Under the pieces are notes generated by a model. The model was not told where the DNA came from. It searched no databases and was given only the letters and a program-made list of their open reading frames with translations. Source: Picochlorum sp. SENEW3 (Eukaryota). Taken from it: DNA of 64,000 nt. Positions 1-10,614 of this stretch are shown in pieces. Each line of letters begins with the position of its first letter. The stretch's first letter is position 1. The stretch is taken from contig CP120455.1 in assembly GCA_034226945.1 (NCBI GenBank), positions 868,001-932,000 of the forward strand, given 5' to 3'. Position numbers and translations under genes: made by a program.

Positions 1-2
1 AA

Positions 3-725
3 TTCTTTAAGAAGAATGCCACAGGAAAAGCAGAACCAGAAAAGGTTGCATTACAGAAACTGTTGGACCACTACTACCTGGAGGAGTGCTGTGGCAAGTC
101 ATCTGCTTCCAGCATCACCCAGGTATCTCAGAGCAAGAGCAGCCCTTTCATTGCATCGGATGAGGATTTCTTTACAGGCCCAACAAAGGCCACGGAGAAA
201 CAGATGGAACGCATTCAGGCGTTCTGTCGACGTTCCAACATCAGGGCACATACATCAGATTGCAAAGTTTACAAAGTTGCTGAACTACACCGAGATGGCA
301 AGATTGAGAGAGTAAATTCATCTTTGTACAACAGGGAGCGGACACGACAGTCAAATACTGTGCTTGTTGACATGAATTCATCGGGCTCATCGCACCACCT
401 TGGAGTTGGCATTGTGAAATTTTTCTTTTCTGTAGAAGTCGATGGGACAGAGACAATGGCAGCAGCCATCCAAATATATCGTGATGACCAGGTTGAATTT
501 CATCATGATCACGACTTTGGCACAGTAATTGAAATCAAAATCAATCGGGACCACAAGCTGATACGTATTCGATGCCTTCCCTTGGAGAAGATACTGACAA
601 AGGTCGTTCGTTTAAACTGCAGTGACCTGGACAAGAACGGGAATCCCACCGAGGAAACACAAGTCAAATATAGCGACTTTGTTGTACCAAAATCTCAAAA
701 GTGGCTCAGACATATCGATTCGTAG
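3..725 (+). mobile_element. 3' part of a probable En/Spm (CACTA/CMC)-type transposase ORF, truncated at the window start
   Basis: Frame is open from base 3: FFKKNATGKAEPEKVALQKLLDHYY resembles the 'LK..V.N...PE.SI...Y' (DUF4218-type) segment. Later RVNSSLYNRERTRQSNTVLV...GIVKFFF...AAIQIY resembles the DUF4216-type C-terminal region of CACTA Tnp2 proteins. The catalytic core would lie upstream of the window. Confidence 0.55.
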
Positions 726-1050
726 ACGTGAGATGCTCAACTTCGGTCAAGATGTGACATCAATGCCTTGGAAATGCTCCTCACACCAAGAGCCATGTTT
801 GGGCCATATATCTTGTCATATGATATAATTATCATTTAATATATGTTATATGACGCTTGGTGCTTCCCTGACGCAGCAAACTGGTCAACTCGGAGAAGGC
901 GAATTGCGAGCAGAGTGGACCGACCCGTTTCTTGACAAAACTCATATTTCAGGCCAAACTGGCCTCGGTTATACATTATTATAGTAAAATTGTAAATATT
1001 TATGGCACCAAGGGGTCGTTTTGGTCCACTTGAAATTTCACGAAGTATCA

Positions 1051-2010
1051 ATGAAGGAACCTCGTGACGCTAGTGGAAGGCGGTTGGAGGCTACCAGAGC
1101 CAAAAACAGAAGGGTGAGTCTCCATCTTTTGGCGAATTGTTTTCATATGATGGCTCTAATTGGGTTGTTCTCATGCGATTTATAATCATGTATGTAGGCC
1201 CAGAAGAGATTTCGGGAGAAAACGAAGACGAACATGCTGAAAATGGAAGCAGATGTCAACAAGGGTCTGAAAGAGATTGAGTTTCTCCGACACCAGAATC
1301 GCAAATTGTTCCAGGATAGGCTGATTTTGACGTTCTCTACTATGTTGAGAAAAGAACTCGTGATAACATATACGGATAAAAACAATATCTGGAAATTTCG
1401 GCTGCCAGAGGGGCTGGCAGTTATGTCTGGAATGGAGAGTGATTCGTCATCAGTATGTGTTTCCACAACATTGGATGAGATGAGGAAAGCAAAAGTTTCC
1501 TTGCAAGAATCCATCGAAGCCGGCGGTGATTCATACAAGGATTCTTTGTTGGCGATTCTCGGGAAATTTTGGAGCGTGGCAGAACTCGATGCCATGAAAT
1601 TTGGTGAGCTTTTGCAGTTGGGCACAGCATGCAACTTCACCACCAAGGCAGCTTGGACTGCAATCATGTCAAGGGTTTCAAGCATCGACAGGGAGTTCAT
1701 GTTTAAGATGTACAACAATTTTAAGAAAGGGCAGGAGAAGTTATCAGAGTACTTGTCTTCAACATTGTCCCATTTGGAGGATTCCTCACCAGAGTCAGTT
1801 GAAAGTTCCGTGATGTCTGTACCGAAGATCAAGACCTCTCTTGAACTTTCCCGGTTAAATCAGGTGTCTCTGGAATTCTTTGCTCTGTACTGTGAGGCAT
1901 ATGTCCATCTGCAGCAAAGGAGCAGCATGAAGGATTTAGCCCACATCTGGGCAGAGTCCCCAACAGTGATCCCTGATGTGCTGAGTCTCCTCATTGCTCT
2001 TCTGCAGTAG
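1051..2010 (+). CDS. bZIP-domain protein (YAP/AP-1-like basic region), 2 exons 1051-1113 + 1198-2010, ~291 aa
   Basis: Removing a phase-0 intron GTGAGT(1114)...TGTAG(1197) gives RAKNRR|AQKRFREKTKTNMLKMEADVNKGLKEIEFLRHQNRKL (N-x7-R basic motif plus heptads), in frame with ORF 1234..2010. C-terminus is ...AESPTVIPDVLSLL. Confidence 0.75.
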
Positions 2011-3388
2011 CATATGCCACTGCTTTCTGTATATGTATCGCCGAAGTTTATTAATGAAGAAAGTACCTGTAAATATTGTTCAAGATCTCTCAGGGTTTCT
2101 TCATGTATGTGGGTGAGGAATCTAGGGCGTGAAAATCGCACATTTGACTTCGCATCCCGGATGGAGTCCATGAGCCCATCATCAGCTTGTACACTGGCCC
2201 CAGGGCCCAGGCACGTGAGCAAATCGATCACAATTAATTAGTGTGGGTTACAGCACCAGCCTGGGAGTTCCCGCTCAATGGAGGAACTGGATCGACCGAT
2301 CGAATCCGTCCATTGGGGGCCCCGCTCCAGACATCATTGGCAATAGAAGGAATGAAGATAAAACTATAAGAACAACAAAAAAGGGCAAAATTTCGACTCA
2401 AATCAACTCGAGATACAACTCCGCCTGTGATTAACCCACTGACACAGGGAGGAGAAGAGTGTCGCAGCAACTCTAGCAGGTAAAACTGTCATAAACGACC
2501 TTGATCCAGAGCACTGTAAGAGCACACATTTCCAGCGAGGAGTATCCATTCAAAGAAAGCAGATGCATCACATGTTCATAATATTGAGAAAGATGACCAA
2601 TGTAAGAGAGTGCAATGGAAGACATTCTAATAGAATGTTCCTGAAACATACAAATGCAAGATAGAAGAGCACTGACATATTCTCCCGGAGCCCTGCTCTT
2701 GTGGTGTCCAACACCGGGAGGTTTGAAAACGAAGCAATCACCAGACCAGCCAATAGGATTGCTTATGTATGATAAATGTCACATAATCTGCTGGTTACAC
2801 GGGTTCACCCTAAACCCGGCAAAAGAAAGACGATATCCGAAAGGAAAAGCTCGAGGGGCAGGAAGTGGCGGTGCGCCTCCCCTCAGGGTGAGCCAAATTG
2901 GGCCTTCAAAGGCAACTCCATAATTCTGCAAAATGATTGAATAATTCAAAGTTAGGTGGCGTCGTGAGCAGGGGCAGCCAGTTGACCTGGAGAACCAAGG
3001 TCGCCCAGACAGCCGACAACCTGAAACGCCCCACGACGCCTGGGATGTCCGAAGGACAGGCAGAAATCAATCCAATACTTGGATTGGGATGAAGAAAAAT
3101 ACAAAAGTATTTTTAAAAATATATATCACATCAGACACACGATCCTAGAACAATCTTTATCAACGCACGTCTGTTGCGAATCTCGCAATTACTCAAGAAG
3201 TCTTTGAAGTCTAGGAAATTCCCTAATTATATCCATTATAATGGATTCTGTGCCATGGCTATTCTATCGAATCTCTGGGAATGTATCTTCGTGTTGATAA
3301 CATTGGCATCAGTAAAACCCTTCTTAGATCTTTTAAATCAACAGAAAAGCTGAGTAAATGCATCTCAAATGCATGAATCCTTTATATG

Positions 3389-4989
3389 TAGAATGACCGA
3401 TAGTACAAACCTAGCCGGAAAACCCATTGCCAAGGCTAAAACACGAAAGCTGAATGCACACGCTGCCGGGGAAGAAGATGAATGTTCATCTTCTATCGTC
3501 GATAATAGAGGATTTAGTAATGTACAAGGTGCTTCGGGCATGTATTGGCATCCCATCTTGGCGAGGGAGGGGTATGGTGCTGAAACGCAGAGCCGCGAGG
3601 AAGTCGCCAGGGAACGCAATAGGCTGGCCCAGAAAAGGTTCCGTGCCCGACAGAAGGAGAAACGCGAGAAGCAAATGCAGGAGATCAAGGGGAAAGAGCA
3701 GGAGCGTGTGGTTTTGTTGTCGGAGCAGAAGGATATCGTGACGACCATGAAGGTGAATTCTCAACTCTTGTCTGTTCGCGAATCCTTGTTCCGCTTGTAC
3801 CGAACGGACGAGTGTGGTGCGTTGGCAAACGGACCTGCTGGCCCTTCCACCGATGCGAGGTGCTTCTCTTCGTTGCCTGCGAGTCTGGGGGGGAACATGG
3901 CATCGATAGTGTTGCAAAGCGGTCAGAGCCACCTTGCGAGTGCTATGACCGGACAGATTGAGAATGCAGAGTACACGGCCCAATTCGTGTCGGATAGCGA
4001 GGAGAAGAGGTATTTTTCTTTGCTTAGTAGTGCCGAGGAGGTTCAGCGCGAATTCGAAAAGCGTGCTTCTGCTGTGGATGTGATGCTGCAACGGGCGGTG
4101 GAGCGTGGTAGGATGGAGGCCCTGGTGGCGTTGCGGGGAGATCGCGATTTTGTGTCGGCACAGCAGAAGCTTTTTGCTTTTCTGTGGGGTATGTTCTGTG
4201 TGAACCCGTCTTTGGCTTTGGTGTGGTTTTCTGAGAACTCGACGATTGATGAGCACAAATATGCCCAAGCAGCGGTGCGTGATGTTTTGTTTTTGTGTGT
4301 GTTCCCATTTTCATGCGGTTGGTAGGGTATCCTATTTGTATTTTGGTTGTTTCATATCTTGAGTTTATTTTATTGTTGCTGATGTATGGTATGGGTGTGT
4401 GTCTGCAGAAAATGCTTCATGGCAAGCTGTGCCCAGATGGCCTTGAGAGATTGCGGAAATTACATTCTGCTCAGAGTTTAGAATACGAAAAGAGGCAGGC
4501 CAGGCTTGAATTATTGATGGCCAAGGTGAAGAAGGCTTTAGACAGCGTGTCCTCGTCTCCCGAGTACTCCTCGTCCACTGGAGTTTCCATGTTTGTGACC
4601 CTGCAAGAGTGCACAGATGCCATTTGTGAAGTGGCCAAGGAAGAGTTCAGCTCCATGGCTCCGTTTTCCATTGCATTTTTGTCGGAGTTTGATCTGATCG
4701 ATCTATCGGTATTGACGTACGTTTCCACCTGAATGTTTGATGTATCGAGTGGCATAGTCATCATCTCACTGTCCTTGTGGTGCTGCAGGTGCTACATGTC
4801 TCCACAAATCATGGACTCGTATGCCATGGCGTCAGCCGTGCTCCGAGAGGACCTCTGCCAGAAGTCTTTGAAATAAGGAAGAGTCTCTGAGAGTCCTACT
4901 CTATGAGATATCAAGTATCTGTTCCCATCTTTGCAAAGTCTCAAAGTATACTTGTCACGAGGTTGCTACGCTGCAAGTATCAGACATTT
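3389..4989 (+). repeat. 1601-bp direct repeat, copy 1 (partner 8883-10483)
   Basis: Co-linear at a constant offset of 5494 nt; about 13 substitutions and no indels seen by eye. Confidence 0.97.
3393..4876 (+). CDS. bZIP-domain protein, copy A; exons 3393-4274, 4409-4716, 4789-4876 (~425 aa)
   Basis: Basic region RERNRLAQKRFRARQK. Introns GTGCGT..CTGCAG (4275-4408) and GTACGT..CTGCAG (4717-4788) join the ORF-track pieces in frame, ending YMSPQIMDSYAMASAVLREDLCQKSLK*. Confidence 0.8.
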
Positions 4990-5042
4990 CAGCTACAATT
5001 CTGCTTCTCAAGCCAAAATCTATATTTTGTTGAATGAATCAA

Positions 5043-5777
5043 CTACATGACCAAGACGTGGGCGTAGATCTATGTATTGTCACCCCATGAATCAGAGCAT
5101 CACAAATCACAGACCAATTCTTCAAACGAAAAATCCTGAAGGAGTTCCCACATCCGACGCACAGCAATCGACTCAACATCAATCCCCTGTTTCAATCCCC
5201 CAAGCAACTCGCTCCCTTTGAGGGTACTTGTGATTTCTTTCATGTCATCCCTAGAAATTTCCTCCAAAAGCAACTCGACCAATCTCTCCTATACACACCA
5301 TTTCCACGGTAATCACTATTCACTATTTAATATATCGCACTACTATATTCTGACTAAAAGAGACGAGAACGCACATCTTTTTGTAATAGAGCATAAAACT
5401 CTCGTTTTATCACCTGAATAGAATTTGCATCTACCATGACTATACCTGGAAATTGGTACATTAATATTTGAAATACTAGCAGTGTCTCTGGCCACGCATG
5501 TATCAGCCTTACCTGAGATCTCACAGTACCAATACCACCCCCTTGCCTGAGATCTCTCTTGCACACATGGGCCCATATATATGGAGCAGTTGTGCTGATT
5601 CATTATTATGTTCAATACAAAGTCTATCGACTTGACTCTGTATACGCTGATTCCAAGCAACTCAGTATATCGTACACCCGATCTCATCTGTGAATAGGGA
5701 CAGGGAGGGTAGAGGTTCACCAAACGTTTGGAAAATTGAGAGGAATTCAAATTCAAATTGGCAATCCCTCCTTGCAT
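5043..5777 (-). CDS. hypothetical spliced protein with a Cys/His motif; 5' end uncertain
   Basis: Three GT-AG introns (5512-5446, 5413-5289, 5114-5070) join HNCSIYMGPC...GWYWYCEISG, IVMVDANSIQ, ERLVELLLEEISRDD...FSFEEL and IYAHVLVM* in frame. Confidence 0.4.
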
Positions 5778-5958
5778 GTGTGATTGCGGCACTCTGGATC
5801 ATTCATATGATATTGAAATAATGTATTTAAGTAAGAAAGTAGAACATAATCGCATGCTACGCTGATTCTCGGGTGTGCGCTACCATGCCACAGCGGTTAG
5901 GTGAAACTTTCAACAGGAAATCGACGACATCCTCTGCAGCGATCACGTTTGAGCACGG

Positions 5959-7165
5959 ATGGAAATGGATTGTTATAGAAGAGATATCATGCGGGGTAAA
6001 GAGAAAATAGGAACTGGGTGTGAAGAGTTGGACCAGTGTCTTCAGGGTGGGATTTCTACACAGGAAATATGCGAGATATCAGGTACTGCTTTTATGTTTC
6101 TCTCGAAATACATGGACGAGGTCGAGAAACAATAATAGATTTTTTCGATTTTGCAGGGGAATCGTCATCTGGAAAGACACAGCTATGCCTTCAGGTCTTG
6201 GTGAACACTGTGTGCTTGTCTCATGCCCATGCTATGTATTTTCATACAGAAGGTGATCCGCCATTGCATCGACTGGAACAGATTGCAAAGATTATGATAG
6301 AAAAGTGGGTCATTGGTGTCATGAAATGAAGTCGTGGATGGCTGATATAGTAGGGAATGTGTGTATGCCTGCAGGGGGGAATTGGAGTATTCTGTTGACA
6401 GTGTGTTGGATCATGTGTACATGGAGCATTCGTTCGATAAAGAGGAGGATTTATACCATAGGCTTCTGAATGTGGAAGAACTTTTGATTCGTTTGGCAGG
6501 ATCTGACGCCCCTGTGAAGGTATTGATTGTTGATTCAATAGCATACATGTTTCGAGATCTCGATCCAAATGCCATGACAACGGCCTTGTCGACCAGGTCA
6601 GGCTTCTTCTTTAAAATAGCTTCCTTATTAAGGTGAGTATCTGTACTATAAGATGACGTACGTTTCGACAGGGCGTCATACCTGATTGGTCTTGTGTAGA
6701 AAGTATGCTGATGTGTACAATCTGGCCGTGATTGTCACAAATCACGCTGTGGATCTGTTTGATACGGAGCAAGAGGAAAACACATGTTCAAATACTTTTA
6801 TAGAATCATTTCCAGGCTGTGCTGGATTGGCATTAGAATCCAGTGGGAGACTGTTGTACCCTGCCCTAGGGCTCGCATGGTCAAACTGTGTCACCACAAG
6901 ACTCTTCACTTCCAAAGAAGCTGTCAAAGATGAGAGCGGGGAAATCAACCCTGTAGTGTATACTGGGTCAGTTGGCCGTAAGACACGTATTGGTGCTGGG
7001 AAAGACTCATCCATGTATCCCCAGGTGAGGGGAATGCAGATTGTGTTTAGTCCAAACCTACCTCAAAACAAATGCCACTTCATTATTGGTGAGGGTGGCT
7101 GCTATGGCATTTCTCATTCACATTTGGAAAGTAATACAGTTATTCTGAGCCAGACAAGGGTGTAA
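5959..7165 (+). CDS. XRCC3: RAD51 paralog XRCC3 (4 exons)
   Basis: IGTGCEELDQCLQGG, Walker A G|ESSSGKTQLC across intron 6083-6156, Walker B VLIVDSIA, and C-terminal PALGLAWSNCVTTRL typical of XRCC3. Confidence 0.85.
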
Positions 7166-7174
7166 TCGGTACCT

Positions 7175-8512
7175 ATGCCAGAAAAGGGCGATCTTTGTGG
7201 TTTCGACTCTCTCGAGGACATTTTAGAGGTACGAAGGGAATGATGCATCATTCCCTTGTTCGAGAAGTCAGTCATGTGAATGGAGATTATGTGTGAATGT
7301 TGGTTGCAGGCACGTCTACCGGAGGCAGAATTACTCGAGGTCAAACGAATTCTGTTCGGTCAGAATGTAGGAAAACCCGTGGAGAAATTGCAAGTGAAGG
7401 AATCAGCTACTCAGCATGCTGAAAATTCAAACATAGATCTTAAATCGTTTCAATTTACCAGCAATCCGGAACAATTGCGACAGCCCAGAGTTGTTCGTAT
7501 TGGGCTTGTGCAGCACTCTATCAAAGCTCCTACAACTGCACCCATGGATCAGCAGCGACAAAACATTTTTGACAGGGTTTCTGAGATTGCAGCGATTGCA
7601 TCAGAGTGCAACGTGAACATTTTATGCTTGCAGGAAGCCTTTCACATGCCATTTGGGTTTTGTACTCGGGAGAAGACTTGGTGCGAGCTTGCAGAGCCAA
7701 TCAAAGGAGGTCCTTCAATAGTCTTGTGTCAAGATATCGCTAAAAAATACGGCATGGTGGTTGTTTGCCCGATTTTGGAAAGAGATGAGAGTCATTGTGA
7801 TGTTATATGGAATACAGCTGTCGTGATTGATGAGCATGGCAAGATTCTAGGGTTTCATCGAAAGGTATGGGTACATGTCGCATTGAGTTGCTAGCAAAGA
7901 CACTAACCTGTAACGCATATGGTATTGTAGAATCACATTCCTCGAGTGGGGGATTTCAACGAAAGCACATATTACATGGAAGGAAACACCGGCCATCCCG
8001 TGTTTGAAACCTCATTTGGTAGAATTGGAATCAATATATGTTATGGGCGCCATCATCCATTGAACTGGATGGCATTTGGATTAAACGGTGCAGAGATTGT
8101 CTTTAATCCGTCCGCAACTGTAGGGGCACTGAGTGAACCATTGTGGCCAATCGAAGCTAGAAATGCAGCGATCGCAAATGGGTACTTTGTCGGTGCAATC
8201 AATAGAGTGGGTACAGAAGAGTTCCCAAATGCATTCACCAGTGGGGATGGGAAAGAAGCTCACAAGGACTTTGGGCATTTTTATGGCAGTTCATATGTTG
8301 CAGCACCGGATGCAGCAAGGACTCCAGGTTTGAGCCGATATAGAGACGGATTGATGGTTGCTGAGATTGATCTGAACTTGTGTAGGCAAATCAAAGACCA
8401 TTGGGGGTTTCAACTCACGGCAAGGCATGCCATGTATGCAGACCTGTTGCAGGATTATGTAAAGCACGATTTCAAGCCTCAAATAGTCGTCCAGAAAAAG
8501 GACAAGGAGTAA
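7175..8512 (+). CDS. PYD3: beta-ureidopropionase (nitrilase family, pyrimidine catabolism), 3 exons
   Basis: [56 protein letters not shown]; introns 7229-7309 and 7865-7930. Confidence 0.95.
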
Positions 8513-8882
8513 TCGTTTGACGCCTGAATCAATTATATTGGAAGAGCTAATGTAAACCGTTCATTCTCAAAGACTTCTAGTCTTACTAGCCAAATCAAAT
8601 AAAAAGATCTCCTGAGGATATAGGGTGCGCAGTCATTCTTCAAGATGCAATTATTTATTCTTTCAAGATGCTTGCTCAAGATGTACTGTAGAATTATCAA
8701 CTCCAGACATAAGTTGTGCTTTGATCGATCAGTACAAGCCTGTACCAGATGACCTAAGATCTCGTAAGAGTCTAGTACGGCGCTGATCTACTCCCTGCGC
8801 TGTGCATTGACAAAAATAGACTACATATTTGAATCCCACTTTTATTCTTTTCATATTATGAACATTTAAAATGAAATGTATT

Positions 8883-10483
8883 TAGAATGACCGATAGTAC
8901 AAACCTAGCCGGAAAACCCATTGCCAAGGCTAAAACACGAAAGCTGAATGCACACGCTGCCGGGGAAGAAGATGAATGTTCATCTTCTATCGTCGATAAT
9001 AGAGGATTTAGTAATGTACAAGGTGCTTCGGGCATGTATTGGCATCCCATCTTGGCGAGGGAGGGGTATGGTGCTGAAACGCAGAGCCGCGAGGAAGTCG
9101 CCAGGGAACGCAATAGGCTGGCCCAGAAAAGGTTCCGTGCCCGACAGAAGGAGAAACGCGAGAAGCAAATGCAGGAGATCAAGGGGAAAGAGCAGGAGCG
9201 TGTGGTTTTGTTGTCGGAGCAGAAGGATATCGTGACGACCATGAAGGTGAATTCTCAACTCTTGTCTGTTCGCGAATCCTTGTTCCGCTTGTACCGAACG
9301 GACGAGTGTGGTGCGTTGGCAAACGGACCTGCTGGCCCTTCCACCGATGCGAGGGGCTCCTTTTCGTTGCCTGCGAGTCTGGGGGGGAACATGGCATCGA
9401 TAGTGTTGCAAAGCGGTCAGAGCCACCTTGCGAGTGCTATGACCGGACAGATTGAGAATGCAGAGTACACGGCCCAATTCGTGTCGGATAGCGAGGAGAA
9501 GAGGTATTTTTCTTTGCTTAGCAGTGCCGAGGAGGTTCAGCGCGAATTCGAAAAGCGTGCTTCTGCTGTGGATGTGATGCTGCAACGGGCGGTGGAGTGT
9601 GGTGGGATGGAGGCCCTGGTGGCGTTGCGGGGAGATCGCGATTTTGTGTCGGCACAGCAGAAGCTTTTTGCTTTTCTGTGGGGTATATTCTGCGTGAACC
9701 CGTCTTTGGCTTTGGTGTGGTTTTCTGAGAACTCGACGATTGATGAGCACAAATATGCCCAAGCAGCGGTGCGTGATGTTTTGTTTTTGTGTGTGTTCCC
9801 ATTTTCATGCGGTTGGTAGGGTATCCTATTTGTATTTTGGCTGTTTCATATCTTGAGTTTATTTTATTGTTGCTGATGTATGGTATGGGTGTGTGTCTGC
9901 AGAAAATGCTTCATGGCAAGCTGTGCCCAGATGGCCTTGAGAGATTGCGGAAATTACATTCTGCTCAGAGTTTAGAATACGAAAAGAGGCAGGCCAGGCT
10001 TGAATTATTGATGGCCAAGGTGAAGAAGGCTTTAGACAGCGTGTCCTCGTCTCCCGAGTACTCCTCGTCCACTGGAGTTTCCATGTTTGTGACCCTGCAA
10101 GAGTGCACAGATGCCATTTGTGAAGTGGCCAAGGAAGAGTTCAGCTCCATGGCTCCGTTTTCCATTGCATTTTTGTCGGAGTTTGATCTGATCGATCTAT
10201 CGGTATTGACGTACGTTTCCACCTGAATGTTTGATGTATCGAGTGGCATGGTCATCATCTCACTGTCCTTGTGGTGCTGCAGGTGCTACATGTCTCCACA
10301 AATCATGGACTCGTATGCCATGGCGTCAGCCGTGCTCCGAGAGGACCTCTGCCAGAAGTCTTTGAAATAAGGAAGAGTCTCTGAGAGTCCTACTCTATGA
10401 GATATCAAGTATCTGTTCCCATCTTTGCAAAGTCTCAAAGTATACTTGCCACGAGGGTGCTACGCTGCAAGTATCAAACATTT
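8883..10483 (+). repeat. 1601-bp direct repeat, copy 2 (partner 3389-4989)
   Basis: Direct comparison. Identity starts 4 nt before the ATG and ends ~110 nt after the stop. Confidence 0.97.
8887..10370 (+). CDS. bZIP-domain protein, copy B (near-identical paralog of 3393-4876)
   Basis: Same exon structure shifted by 5494 nt; six amino-acid differences (CFS>GSF, R>C, R>G, M>I). Confidence 0.8.
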
Positions 10484-10614
10484 GTTTAAGTTTTCCGCTC
10501 AAAATTATATTGTCTACTGTTTCAAACACGAAATTGTGCTTATGATTACAAATTAATGGTGTTGTGACTGATCATGTTCAAATTCTTTTTGGACAATCAC
10601 AGGCATGACATTGG

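Noticed and set aside
1143..1832. 229-aa minus-strand ORF
   Set aside because: Antisense shadow of the bZIP gene at 1051-2010.
1860..2470. Frameshifted minus-strand gene made of two short ORFs
   Set aside because: No family motif or supported splice join, and it overlaps the bZIP 3' end; too weak to call.
2660..2800. HDV-like ribozyme
   Set aside because: The nested topology is similar, but there is no room for the P3/L3 element (only 5-6 nt between the strands).
2808..2817. CCCTAAACCC as a telomerase-RNA template for TTTAGGG repeats
   Set aside because: The motif is largely buried in the CGGGTT/AACCCG hairpin, the pseudoknot-like pairings lie 5' rather than 3' of it, and I could not identify a USE/TATA promoter. 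Not called, though an Infernal search with plant/algal TR models would settle it.
3486..4268. 260-aa antisense ORF (and its copy at 8980-9762)
   Set aside because: Shadow frame of the bZIP exon with no recognisable motifs.
8635..8685. Three TCAAGATG repeats
   Set aside because: Short and irregularly spaced; not an array or CRISPR.
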